A DNA stretch of 64,000 nt from an uncultured Gammaproteobacteria bacterium (GTDB taxonomy: Bacteria > Patescibacteriota > Patescibacteriia > Magasanikbacterales > JBBTQS01), in assembly GCA_965230935.1 (NCBI GenBank), contig OZ246400.1, positions 87,222 to 151,221 of the forward strand. The letters run 5' to 3'. This document shows positions 46,332-55,097 of the stretch, one piece after another (position 1 is the stretch's first letter; every line of letters starts with the position of its first letter). The translations under genes were made by a program, and so were the position numbers. A model generated the notes under the pieces. The model was not told where the DNA came from. It saw only the letters and a program-made list of their open reading frames with translations, and ran no database searches.

Positions 46332-48092
46332 ATGAAAAAATACGCCAAACAGACAATTAAATTGTATTGGGGATATGTCTTACGCCACAAATTTGTGGTG
46401 TTTGTTATGTTTGCTGCTTCAACGGTTACCTCGGTAATTGCGGTATATCTTCCATTTTTGTACAAGCGGTTCTTTAATGTTGCTACGGACGCTTCAACCG
46501 AAGCACGCAAAATGGAGTCGTTAGTCGCGGTTTTGGTGCTGATCGTAGGGTGGCAAGCAGGACAGTGGGTAAGTCGTCGAGCAGGAAGATATCTGAGTAA
46601 TTACTTTCATGCTAAATCACATGTTGAGATTCTTTTTGAGTGTTTTGCGTATTTACATCTGCATTCATTTCGGTTCTTCACCAATAGCTTTGTTGGATCA
46701 TTAGTAACTCGGACACGGCGTTTTGTTCGTGCATTTGATACGCTTGTAGGCAAAATCTATTGGAATATTTGGCCGCTGGTGATTCAACTTGGATTTATCA
46801 TCGTGATTTTGACAATCATGTTTCCAATACTTGGGTTGGGGATGATGGTATGGACGGTATTGTTTACCATTGCACAAGTAATTTTTTCGCGATGGAAATG
46901 GAAATATGATATTGAGCGAGCTGCCGCGCAAACACGAACCACTGCCTATTTGGCTGATACCATTACTAACAACATCAACATCAAGTTGTTTACCAGTACC
47001 ACAGAAGAGAAAGTTGGTTTTCAAAAAGTATTAGACACCTATTATCGGTTACGAAAGTTTACCTTTGATTTAAATGCTACTGCAGATGCGGTTCGTGCGA
47101 TATTTACCATTGCACTTGAATTTGGCGTGTTGTATTTCGGTGCCAAGATGTGGGCGCAAGGCGTACTGACCGTAGGTGATTTTGCATTGTTTCAAGCCTA
47201 TATTTTTATTGTGATTCATCGGATTTGGGATTTGGGAAACATTTTACAAGACATGTATGAGGCAGTTGCCGACGCAGAAGAGATGACGATTATTTTGAAT
47301 ACCAAACACGAAGTGCGTGACGTTCGGCAAGCGAAGGAGCTTGTGGTGAAGAAGGGTGCGGTTTCGTTTAAAGCTGTTGATTTTAATTATCATAAAACGC
47401 GTTCAGTACTGAAAAAGTTTTCATTAAAGATCGCACCAGGGGAGCGTATAGCACTAGTTGGTCCTTCAGGAGCAGGGAAGAGTACTATTATAAAGCTATT
47501 GTTTAGATTTTTTGATTTGACCGCAGGGAAAATTACTATTGATGGGCAAGTGATTAAGCAAGTGACGCAACACAGTTTGCGTGAGGCAATTAGTTTGGTG
47601 CCGCAAGATCCGATTCTATTTCATCGATCACTTATGGAAAATATTCGCTATGGGCGTCGAGATGCAACTGACGAGGAAGTTATAGAAGCGGCAAAATTGG
47701 CACATTGTCATGAATTTATTATTCAGACAGCGCAAGGATACGATACGTTAGTTGGTGAGCGGGGTATTAAACTTTCAGGTGGTGAGCGTCAGCGCGTTGC
47801 CATTGCACGAGCTATTTTAAAAAATGCACCGATTATTGTGCTGGATGAGGCCACCAGTAGTCTTGACTCGCATTCGGAGATGTTGATTCAAGATGCGCTC
47901 AAAGCACTAATGAAAGGAAAGACTACGATTGTCATTGCACACCGATTGTCCACGATTATGCAAATGGACCGGATTATTGTTCTGGAAGATGGCAAGATTG
48001 TTGAGGAAGGGTCGCACAAGGTGTTGTTGCGCAAAAAAGCTGGACTATACAAAAAATTGTGGGATCTCCAAGCGGGAGGTTTCATCGCCTGA
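46332..48092 (+). CDS. ABC transporter, fused permease/ATP-binding exporter (MsbA-like)
   Basis: Six TM helices plus an NBD with GPSGAGKST, LSGGERQR and IVLDEATSSLD. Confidence 0.8.
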   Translation: MKKYAKQTIKLYWGYVLRHKFVVFVMFAASTVTSVIAVYLPFLYKRFFNVATDASTEARKMESLVAVLVLIVGWQAGQWVSRRAGRYLSNYFHAKSHVEILFECFAYLHLHSFRFFTNSFVGSLVTRTRRFVRAFDTLVGKIYWNIWPLVIQLGFIIVILTIMFPILGLGMMVWTVLFTIAQVIFSRWKWKYDIERAAAQTRTTAYLADTITNNINIKLFTSTTEEKVGFQKVLDTYYRLRKFTFDLNATADAVRAIFTIALEFGVLYFGAKMWAQGVLTVGDFALFQAYIFIVIHRIWDLGNILQDMYEAVADAEEMTIILNTKHEVRDVRQAKELVVKKGAVSFKAVDFNYHKTRSVLKKFSLKIAPGERIALVGPSGAGKSTIIKLLFRFFDLTAGKITIDGQVIKQVTQHSLREAISLVPQDPILFHRSLMENIRYGRRDATDEEVIEAAKLAHCHEFIIQTAQGYDTLVGERGIKLSGGERQRVAIARAILKNAPIIVLDEATSSLDSHSEMLIQDALKALMKGKTTIVIAHRLSTIMQMDRIIVLEDGKIVEEGSHKVLLRKKAGLYKKLWDLQAGGFIA

Positions 48093-48126
48093 GGAGGTGT
48101 GAACAGGTGTTGCAGCTATCTTTAGA

Positions 48127-49425
48127 TTATTTACCAAACTCCATCACCTTTGGATCCATAATAATACTGGATCGAGTCATCATTTTTTTGAGCACTATCC
48201 CATCAAGCGAAGTGCAGCGACTTAGCGCCACATAGGTTTGTCCATGAGCAAAACTTCCACGGCCTAAATCAATAATCACTTTTTCAAACGTTTTCCCTTG
48301 GCTTTTGTGAATGGTAATTGCCCAAGCGAGCTTGAGTGGGAGTTGAGTAAATGATCCCATGATTTCCCGCTCAAAATTGCCATCTTGCAAAACATACCGA
48401 GAAATTTCCCAGGTGTGTTTCGAAACCTCAACAATTTTTCCATCAGCTTTTTCAACTGATAATGTGACACTCGCATCTTCGTTTTGTATATCAACAATCG
48501 TACCAATGGTTCCATTGACCCATCGTCGCTCACTATCATTAGAAATAAACATGACCTGCGCCCCGGCACATACCGTGACCTCAGCGTCATTGGGATAAAG
48601 GTTTTTTGCCACTTTCCCTTCAATGTCGGCGCTAAACGTGATTTGTGGTGTGCCGAGTTTTTCCATTTCTTTCTCATTCACCGTGCGCGCATTGGCATTG
48701 GTCGTCATGAGGTAGATATATGTATCATCCTCATCAGGGGTGAAGTTGCTTTTGTATTGTGCATTCAAAGTGCGCAATTGTGAATTGGTAATACTATTGT
48801 CACGAATTCCATTTAAGATAGTGATAAATTCTTCGTCTCGTTGGCGGTAGATTTCGTTGAGTTCAATGACGTTTAGTTCAAACCCGGTGGCAAAGAATTC
48901 GTCTTGTCCTCCAAATACTTGTGCACTGAAAAAGTATGGTGAGCCATACTCTGCATAAAATTTGTCTCGATCTGCTGCAGTAACGACCGGCGGGAGTTGA
49001 TAGAGATCACCAAAAAAAATCATCTGCACCCCGCCAAATGGCGCAGTGCTTTTTCGTGCTCGACGCAACACAATATCAATTGCATCAAGCAAGTCTGCAC
49101 GCACCATGGAAATTTCATCAATAGCAATTTTTTTCAGGCGGCCAAATTTTTTTTCTTTCTTTTTATCAATGCGCATTTTTTGTGCCTCGTCTTTTTCGTA
49201 TCCCGGTTTGAGACCAAAAAATGAATGAATGGTATCTCCATCAACGTTGATTGCTGCAATACCGGTTGGCGCGACAACAATTACTTTATCCTTTGAACTA
49301 TTACGGATGTATTGCAAAAGAGTGGATTTTCCAGTTCCTGCTTTTCCGGTGACGAATACGTTGTCGGTTGTGTGGTTGATGGTATCAATTGCGCGTTGTG
49401 CTTGGTCGCTAAATGTAATGTCCAT
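48127..49425 (-). CDS. Pif1/RecD-family ATP-dependent DNA helicase
   Basis: Walker A VTGKAGTGKST, motif Ia VVAPTGIAA, and a C-terminal SH3-like/2B region. Length 432 aa. Confidence 0.7.
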   Translation of the reverse strand: MDITFSDQAQRAIDTINHTTDNVFVTGKAGTGKSTLLQYIRNSSKDKVIVVAPTGIAAINVDGDTIHSFFGLKPGYEKDEAQKMRIDKKKEKKFGRLKKIAIDEISMVRADLLDAIDIVLRRARKSTAPFGGVQMIFFGDLYQLPPVVTAADRDKFYAEYGSPYFFSAQVFGGQDEFFATGFELNVIELNEIYRQRDEEFITILNGIRDNSITNSQLRTLNAQYKSNFTPDEDDTYIYLMTTNANARTVNEKEMEKLGTPQITFSADIEGKVAKNLYPNDAEVTVCAGAQVMFISNDSERRWVNGTIGTIVDIQNEDASVTLSVEKADGKIVEVSKHTWEISRYVLQDGNFEREIMGSFTQLPLKLAWAITIHKSQGKTFEKVIIDLGRGSFAHGQTYVALSRCTSLDGIVLKKMMTRSSIIMDPKVMEFGK

Positions 49426-49435
49426 GATATTTTAT

Positions 49436-49996
49436 TTATGTTTTTGAAAGAAGTAGTTTTTTTCTGATCCAATAGCTGATGAGGATGCTCAGTGCAAGTA
49501 TTACAAAATACACCAACATGATAGAGACATAACTGTAGGGGATTGATTTAATAAACCCAAGTACAAATGCCGCAGTCCATGATGTTAATGATATTGCTCC
49601 ACTAACAAATAAAGAGGCACTTTCTGTTTTGAATTTATTCGAACGGGTCAATGAACGACCTTCATGTCGATGCAGGTGGGGGATATGTTTTCGATGAAAA
49701 ATATACCCATTGATAATGATAATTCCCACAATGGTCATTTTGGCCAAAAATTTAGTTGAATGAAGATAGCCGCTTATGTTTTGCGCAAACAAAAGTATTC
49801 CGGTGAGCACCATGATTGCAAGTCCGGCCCACACGAGTTTGTGGCCAAGACGCAAAAATCGAAGTTCGGTGTGAGTGATTACTTTGTCTTTAATTGAGCT
49901 AAAGAAGATGAAGTCGCTGGTAATAGCACCGCCCATACCAATGACTACACCAAAAACATGAAGGATAATGAGAAGGAGTTTATAAGTAATGATCAT
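49436..49996 (-). CDS. Hypothetical membrane protein
   Basis: 186 aa with five TM helices. It shares an apparent operon with the helicase. Confidence 0.45.
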   Translation of the reverse strand: MIITYKLLLIILHVFGVVIGMGGAITSDFIFFSSIKDKVITHTELRFLRLGHKLVWAGLAIMVLTGILLFAQNISGYLHSTKFLAKMTIVGIIIINGYIFHRKHIPHLHRHEGRSLTRSNKFKTESASLFVSGAISLTSWTAAFVLGFIKSIPYSYVSIMLVYFVILALSILISYWIRKKLLLSKT

Positions 49997-50114
49997 ATGG
50001 TATTTTGAATATGCGATTAGTATACCAGAGAGCCGCCGCAGATTGTAATGCTGGGCGGCTTTTCGAATATCTGAACGTGTATTACACTATGGATAGTCTC
50101 CACGGTAAATTATT

Positions 50115-51404
50115 ATGAGTATTCAAGTATTACGCAACATTAGGCAGTGTGTTGATGCATGGGAAATCCGGTGGTATCACCATGTATTTATTTTTGTAAT
50201 CGCATTTGTGCTGATTGTCTCACGACGCCCAGATGTAATACTTCATGCCCAATTTTGGGCAGAAGATGGTCGGGTATGGTTTCAACAAGCGTACAATAGT
50301 GGATTTTTTGAAGCACTCCTCACTCCACACACCGGATACTTCCAGACCTTTTCACGAATCTCAGCTGGGGTAGCGCAATTGGTTCCTTTGGTGTTTGCTC
50401 CCTTGGTATTTAATCTTCTTGCAATCGTGATCAAGATTCTCCCAATTCATTTACTCTTTTCAAAACGATTTTCCAAACTCATCCCAAGTGTTTCGACTCA
50501 ATTGTTGATTAGCTTGCTTTATATCGGTTTGCCAAATACTACAGAAGTTTTTGTAAATGTTACTAACACACATTGGTATCTTGCACTCATTGCATTTATG
50601 ATCATTGTTGCCGAGGTGTCAAAGACAATTTGGGGGAAGATTGGTGACGTTGTGTTGCTTGCCCTTTCAGGATTAAGTGGTCCATTTGTGATTTTATTGT
50701 TTCCAGTTGCGCTGGTGCGCTGGTTGGTAAAGAAAGATAGGGCATTTTTGTGGTCTTTTGTCATTATTGTGCTGTGTGCTGTTATCCAAGGGTATTTTAT
50801 TGTACAGACTGCTGTAGATACGCGATCGTCTATGACACTTGGTGCCTCAGTGGGATGGTTTGTAAAAATTGTTTCTGGACAAATCATGATCGCAGCACTC
50901 GTTGGGAAAAAGGGATTTGAATATCTTTATCGCCATGGGGCACTCACTAATCTAGTGTATACTTTGGTATTTTTGTTTGGATTGATTCCTGTTGCGTATA
51001 CGATGCTCAAAGCACGATGGGAGGCGAAGATGTTTGTTGTGTTTGGCACTCTTGTTTTAATAGTATCACTTGCGAAACCGATGGTAAGTCTTACCGAACC
51101 GCAATGGCCAATTATGAGTATTCCAGGAGCTGCAACGCGGTATTGGTTTATTCCAATAGTTGCATTCGTTGGTTCTGTATTGGTTATGGCACATCTTGTG
51201 CGAAAACGATATCTCAAAATACTCTTAACTATCAGTGTGACTGTAATGCTAGGGGTTGGTGTGTTGTGGGACTGGCGTCACGCACCATGGGAAGATCTGC
51301 AATATCGATCACATATTCAACAGTTTGAACAGGCTCACTCTGGGGAGGTATTTCATGTCCCAATCCACCCCAAAGGGTGGAATATGAGTTTAATACGACG
51401 ATAG
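50115..51404 (+). CDS. Large polytopic membrane protein (possible GT-C-like glycosyl/mannosyltransferase)
   Basis: 429 aa with more than 10 TM helices. Assignment is by architecture only. Confidence 0.4.
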   Translation: MSIQVLRNIRQCVDAWEIRWYHHVFIFVIAFVLIVSRRPDVILHAQFWAEDGRVWFQQAYNSGFFEALLTPHTGYFQTFSRISAGVAQLVPLVFAPLVFNLLAIVIKILPIHLLFSKRFSKLIPSVSTQLLISLLYIGLPNTTEVFVNVTNTHWYLALIAFMIIVAEVSKTIWGKIGDVVLLALSGLSGPFVILLFPVALVRWLVKKDRAFLWSFVIIVLCAVIQGYFIVQTAVDTRSSMTLGASVGWFVKIVSGQIMIAALVGKKGFEYLYRHGALTNLVYTLVFLFGLIPVAYTMLKARWEAKMFVVFGTLVLIVSLAKPMVSLTEPQWPIMSIPGAATRYWFIPIVAFVGSVLVMAHLVRKRYLKILLTISVTVMLGVGVLWDWRHAPWEDLQYRSHIQQFEQAHSGEVFHVPIHPKGWNMSLIRR

Positions 51405-51423
51405 AACCCTCTTTACTTAATTA

Positions 51424-51501
51424 ATATAACCAAAACCTCCCACAAGGGGAGGATTTTGGTTATTGCTCACTATCGTGAAGGTTGTTCGAACAGGGTTTTA
51501 C
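51424..51501 (+). repeat. Repeat family copy 1 (hairpin plus U-tract, then conserved 35-bp core)
   Basis: atataaccaaaacctcccacaaggggaggattttggttatTGCTCACTATCGTGAAGGTTGTTCGAACAGGGTTTTAC. It is about 90% identical over roughly 80 bp to copy 2. Confidence 0.8.
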
Positions 51502-51698
51502 TTAGAAAGCAGCTGAAAAGTTGTATTTTTTATATCTAAAATTAAGTTATGACACTCTTGACAAAAAAGCGCTTTTGTGGTAGTTTAATTAGTTCTCCAG
51601 CCAGGAAGAGCAGATGAATGACGCACCTCCTTAACGTGCAAAAAAACAAAAAATCATTCAACTGTTTCTTTAACCCACATGGACTAAGGAGGTCTGCG

Positions 51699-52121
51699 AT
51701 GGGGTATGTTCCTGGTAGGAGTTACACGGGTGTTTCTGTGGTCGTTGATTCGAAGGGGTTGCGTTTCATCTTGCTTTCGAGCAAGGAGGATGCGTGGCAC
51801 TTCCAGCGGCAGTGGTTTGCGCGTAGAGAGGATTATGGCTGCTGCCGTAACCTCTGTTACGACATTAGTGTCAGAGCTGTCGATGGGGAGGAGCGAACTG
51901 ACGATTTGGTGGGTTCTGAGTTCATGCTCAGAGAGTGCCATAGCGATTCGCCTATTCGATTTTCTGATGTCCGAGTCAATCTCAATGCCAATGGGGAGCT
52001 CTTCCTCGTGGTGGTGGGATCGCAGGCTCGAGCGTTCTCTTCTCTGGATCGAGATGGTCATGGGCAGCTGCTTCCTGGTAGGGACGGCAGCCCGGACATC
52101 GCGGTTCTTCACTACTACTAA
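51699..52121 (+). CDS. Hypothetical protein (GC-enriched cassette gene)
   Basis: Strong Shine-Dalgarno AAGGAGG 6 nt upstream of the ATG at 51699. A TTGACA-17-TAGTTT promoter lies upstream (51558). Length 140 aa, no recognised domain. Confidence 0.55.
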   Translation: MGYVPGRSYTGVSVVVDSKGLRFILLSSKEDAWHFQRQWFARREDYGCCRNLCYDISVRAVDGEERTDDLVGSEFMLRECHSDSPIRFSDVRVNLNANGELFLVVVGSQARAFSSLDRDGHGQLLPGRDGSPDIAVLHYY

Positions 52122-52258
52122 CTACTTAAAGGCTCTGGTGCAACGGACGTTGTGTCGGGGCCTTTCGATTTGTGACAAATATGAAAGAGAGGATAAGCAA
52201 AACCTCGATAGGTGATTATCGAGGCTGCGTGGTAAGTTGGTTGAATCCGCGGCGCACG

Positions 52259-52972
52259 TTAGGTGGTATCTTCGGGAAAGATGGTTCCGTACACCTCCAG
52301 ACAGCTCTCTCTAACCTCCCTGTACATCGGATTTTCTCCCGTGAGATCATCCTGAAAAGGTGGTTCAAACGCACCCATGAAGAGCTCTGCTTTACGTTGG
52401 CCAGAGCGCAGCAGCGCCGACAAGTAATCGTAATCTTCCAGCCCAAATGTGGACATGTCATCATGGATCTGTGCGAGCGTCGTACCGATCTCTATGTGAA
52501 GTCCTCGAAGCCCTTCGATTGTACAGCGCATGACACATGCAGGATGTGCGCGATGGTAGTAGTTGTGGACAATCAGGCTCCAGAGCATGTCTTTCCCATC
52601 GATTGGTGCAGAGCTTTCACGCGCAGCCACCTCGCAGCTGATGGGTTCCGGGGGCAAATCATTCCCGTAGATGATCGTGGTGAGGTGGGTGAGAGCATCA
52701 TGGAACGGATAGTTTGCCGGCTCAACGCTCGCATCGTCCTCGTGCAGGTTGCCAAACACAGCATTGATACAGTCGTTCAGATTTTCAGCTACCAGACTGC
52801 GAATGTGTGGGGACGACAAGCGAGACAGGGCATCCCTGCACGCACGAACTCGGCGGTGGTAGTACTGATGTGCCAAAGCCGCAACGCACAGGTGAATTTT
52901 ACTGTTGTGGTTTTGGAAGATCATGCGCGCTCCTGCGCATGAAAGACGTTGGATGTCTTTTTCGATACGCAA
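52259..52972 (-). CDS. Hypothetical protein with internally duplicated H-x-YYHR motif (GC-enriched cassette gene)
   Basis: 237 aa. AHQYYHRRVRAC and VHNYYHRAHPAC suggest an internal duplication. Convergent with the previous gene. Confidence 0.45.
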   Translation of the reverse strand: MRIEKDIQRLSCAGARMIFQNHNSKIHLCVAALAHQYYHRRVRACRDALSRLSSPHIRSLVAENLNDCINAVFGNLHEDDASVEPANYPFHDALTHLTTIIYGNDLPPEPISCEVAARESSAPIDGKDMLWSLIVHNYYHRAHPACVMRCTIEGLRGLHIEIGTTLAQIHDDMSTFGLEDYDYLSALLRSGQRKAELFMGAFEPPFQDDLTGENPMYREVRESCLEVYGTIFPEDTT

Positions 52973-53097
52973 GTCGCGCCTCCTTTACTGGGAGTAGGGA
53001 ATCATCTTTATAGATGTGTGTCAAATTTTAATTAGTGGAAAATAAATAATTTGAACAGACGTTCGCTTTGTTCGCTAGGATTCAAATCAGCTCTCAA

Positions 53098-53176
53098 ATA
53101 TAACCAAAACCCTCCCACAAGGGGAGGATTTTTGGTGTATGCTCACTATCGTGAAGGATGTTAGAACTGGATTTTC
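53098..53176 (+). repeat. Repeat family copy 2
   Basis: aatataaccaaaaccctcccacaaggggaggatttttggtgtaTGCTCACTATCGTGAAGGATGTTAGAACTGGATTTTC. Confidence 0.8.
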
Positions 53177-53222
53177 TCTTGCGTGATGATCATGCTAAAC
53201 TATCCTTAGTTTATTTTGTCAT

Positions 53223-54326
53223 ATGAAAGAAAAATACATACCATCAGCAGCAGAAATTGAAAGAGCTGAGAGCATGATGACTCCTCAGCAGCGTGAAATG
53301 TCAGAAAAGCGGGCCAGATTTAAATTCCAAGAGCGGGATGCTTTTGATGATTTTATGGTACATATTAGTCAGTCAGGAGAGCGGCGAGAGGCGACCGACC
53401 AGGAAAAGGCACGGATGGACAAGAATTTTGCAAAGCTGTGGGAAGTATTAGGTGATTCTGAGATCACGTGGTCTGTGGATGGTGCGCTCAATATATCAGT
53501 ACTACAAGGAGATTATATTGGCATTCATAAAGATGTGGACATCAGCATTGGCATGGATGAAATTGATACGTTAGATGGTGTGTTGCTCAAAGGTGGGTAT
53601 GGTTTGTTTTTGTCCACTCGCCACGAAGTGGGTGGTGAGATGAAAACAATCATGGAACGCGTTGACAGTGATAGATTTCGAGCCGCAGATGTTGATAAGC
53701 GACTTATTGCTGCGATAGATAAGGATGGAAAAATACAAGAGGAAGAAACGTTAAACTTTTTAGACATTCATGTAATTGAAAAAAATGAGGGTGGTAATAT
53801 TGTGGGTTCTGCAGGGGTTGAGTTACCTGAGGAGTGGTTTGTGCCAAGACCTTTGGAATTTAGAGGTACTATGGTTAATACGTCTCATCCTGCAAAAGTG
53901 GCGTATTATAAGCTCCATGATACTCGCAATTACGATCGGACAGATCTTAACAAACTTGCTGAGATTGGCGCACTCGGTGTCGACGATGTGGATACGATAG
54001 GCCGACTTATTGAAGAAGAAATTGCTAATCGAGAGCAAAAAGCAGATGGGGTTTTGGATGATGTGGTACAAAGACTAGATCCAAAAATGGACGCAGAGCA
54101 GATTTTCGCATCAGTAATGCAACATCCTATTTTTGTCCAAGCGGTTGAGCGAAATGAAGATGCAACGAGACAGATTCGTGAGTTTTGTAAACAACTTTCA
54201 GCATTAGATGAGTTGACTTTGCCAAATGTAAAAATGGCAGCAAGCGATGTGTTTAGTATGGATGATATGCATAATACCCTCCGAGCAAATGTTGAGGAGT
54301 TAAGAGGGTGGGTTGAGCAGAAATAA
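53223..54326 (+). CDS. Pol-beta-superfamily nucleotidyltransferase related to ANT(2'')/LinB-type enzymes, with N- and C-terminal extensions
   Basis: TWSVDGALNISVLQGDYIGIHKDVDISIG resembles the GGWAIDA...H-DIDL active-site motif of aminoglycoside-2''/lincosamide nucleotidyltransferases, recalled from memory. 367 aa, longer than the resistance enzymes. Confidence 0.5.
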   Translation: MKEKYIPSAAEIERAESMMTPQQREMSEKRARFKFQERDAFDDFMVHISQSGERREATDQEKARMDKNFAKLWEVLGDSEITWSVDGALNISVLQGDYIGIHKDVDISIGMDEIDTLDGVLLKGGYGLFLSTRHEVGGEMKTIMERVDSDRFRAADVDKRLIAAIDKDGKIQEEETLNFLDIHVIEKNEGGNIVGSAGVELPEEWFVPRPLEFRGTMVNTSHPAKVAYYKLHDTRNYDRTDLNKLAEIGALGVDDVDTIGRLIEEEIANREQKADGVLDDVVQRLDPKMDAEQIFASVMQHPIFVQAVERNEDATRQIREFCKQLSALDELTLPNVKMAASDVFSMDDMHNTLRANVEELRGWVEQK

Positions 54327-54338
54327 TACAAAGCGCAC

Positions 54339-54398
54339 CACAGGAGGTGCATTTTTGCATCAGCTCACTATCTGAAGGATGTTAGAACCGGGTTTTGT
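54339..54398 (+). repeat. Repeat family copy 3 (different hairpin, same core)
   Basis: gcaccacaggaggtgcatttttg, then catcaGCTCACTATCTGAAGGATGTTAGAACCGGGTTTTG. Confidence 0.75.
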
Positions 54399-54425
54399 TC
54401 AATTGGTTGAGTTTGGACTGCATTT

Positions 54426-54965
54426 TTATCTTCTGGAGTTTCTATTAATCATCTCGTCTACACGTTTTGGTTCGAGACCAGCTTCGTATGCCTCCTCCTC
54501 AATTTTTGTAATTTCTTTTCTATAGTCTTTTCCAGTGTGTTCGTTCATTTCTCTGTTAAGTGCTGCTTCTGCTTCATTCTCTAGTCTTTTGACTCTTTCT
54601 AGTTTATGTTCTATAAACGTTTCAATAACATTGTAAAGCTCATCTTTTTCGTCTTGTTCAATCTTTCCCTTGGTACCACCAATACGCTCAAAGATTGATC
54701 GAGCCTCATCTATAAGTGTAAAATACTTTTCATTTATTTGAGCTATTTGTCCAGTTAAATAAGATGCATTACCAGGAGTTTTAATTTTGTACTCCTTAAA
54801 ATCATTCATCGTTGGAAATTCCATAACAATGTCATTTATGATTGGCTCTATTTCCAATTCAAATGCGGTAGTAAATTTTTTAAGTTTTTCTTCTATCAAC
54901 CCTCTTTTCTCGTTAGAGAATTTTGATGGTTCGTATTCAGGGATTGTATCAATTAAATTTGTCAT
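54426..54965 (-). CDS. Hypothetical charged helical protein
   Basis: About 180 aa, Glu/Lys-rich, no recognised motif. The start was chosen at MTNLID. Confidence 0.45.
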   Translation of the reverse strand: MTNLIDTIPEYEPSKFSNEKRGLIEEKLKKFTTAFELEIEPIINDIVMEFPTMNDFKEYKIKTPGNASYLTGQIAQINEKYFTLIDEARSIFERIGGTKGKIEQDEKDELYNVIETFIEHKLERVKRLENEAEAALNREMNEHTGKDYRKEITKIEEEAYEAGLEPKRVDEMINRNSRR

Positions 54966-55046
54966 ATTTTTGTAATTCCATCTCTTAAGAGAGTAACACA
55001 AAAATTCTGATACCCATATTTCTTACTTCAAATATTCTTTAAATTT

Positions 55047-55090
55047 ACCAAAAATGCTCACTATTGTGAAGGATGTTCGAACTGTATTTT
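55047..55090 (+). repeat. Repeat family copy 4 (core only, hairpin absent)
   Basis: accaaaaaTGCTCACTATTGTGAAGGATGTTCGAACTGTATTTTG. Confidence 0.75.
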
Positions 55091-55097
55091 GCGGAGT

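Noticed and set aside
45302-46510. Long N-terminal extension of the dehydrogenase ORF to 46510
   Set aside because: The extension is hydrophobic and unconserved and overlaps the divergent ABC-transporter promoter region. The MKQKIL start at 46267 gives the canonical N-terminus.
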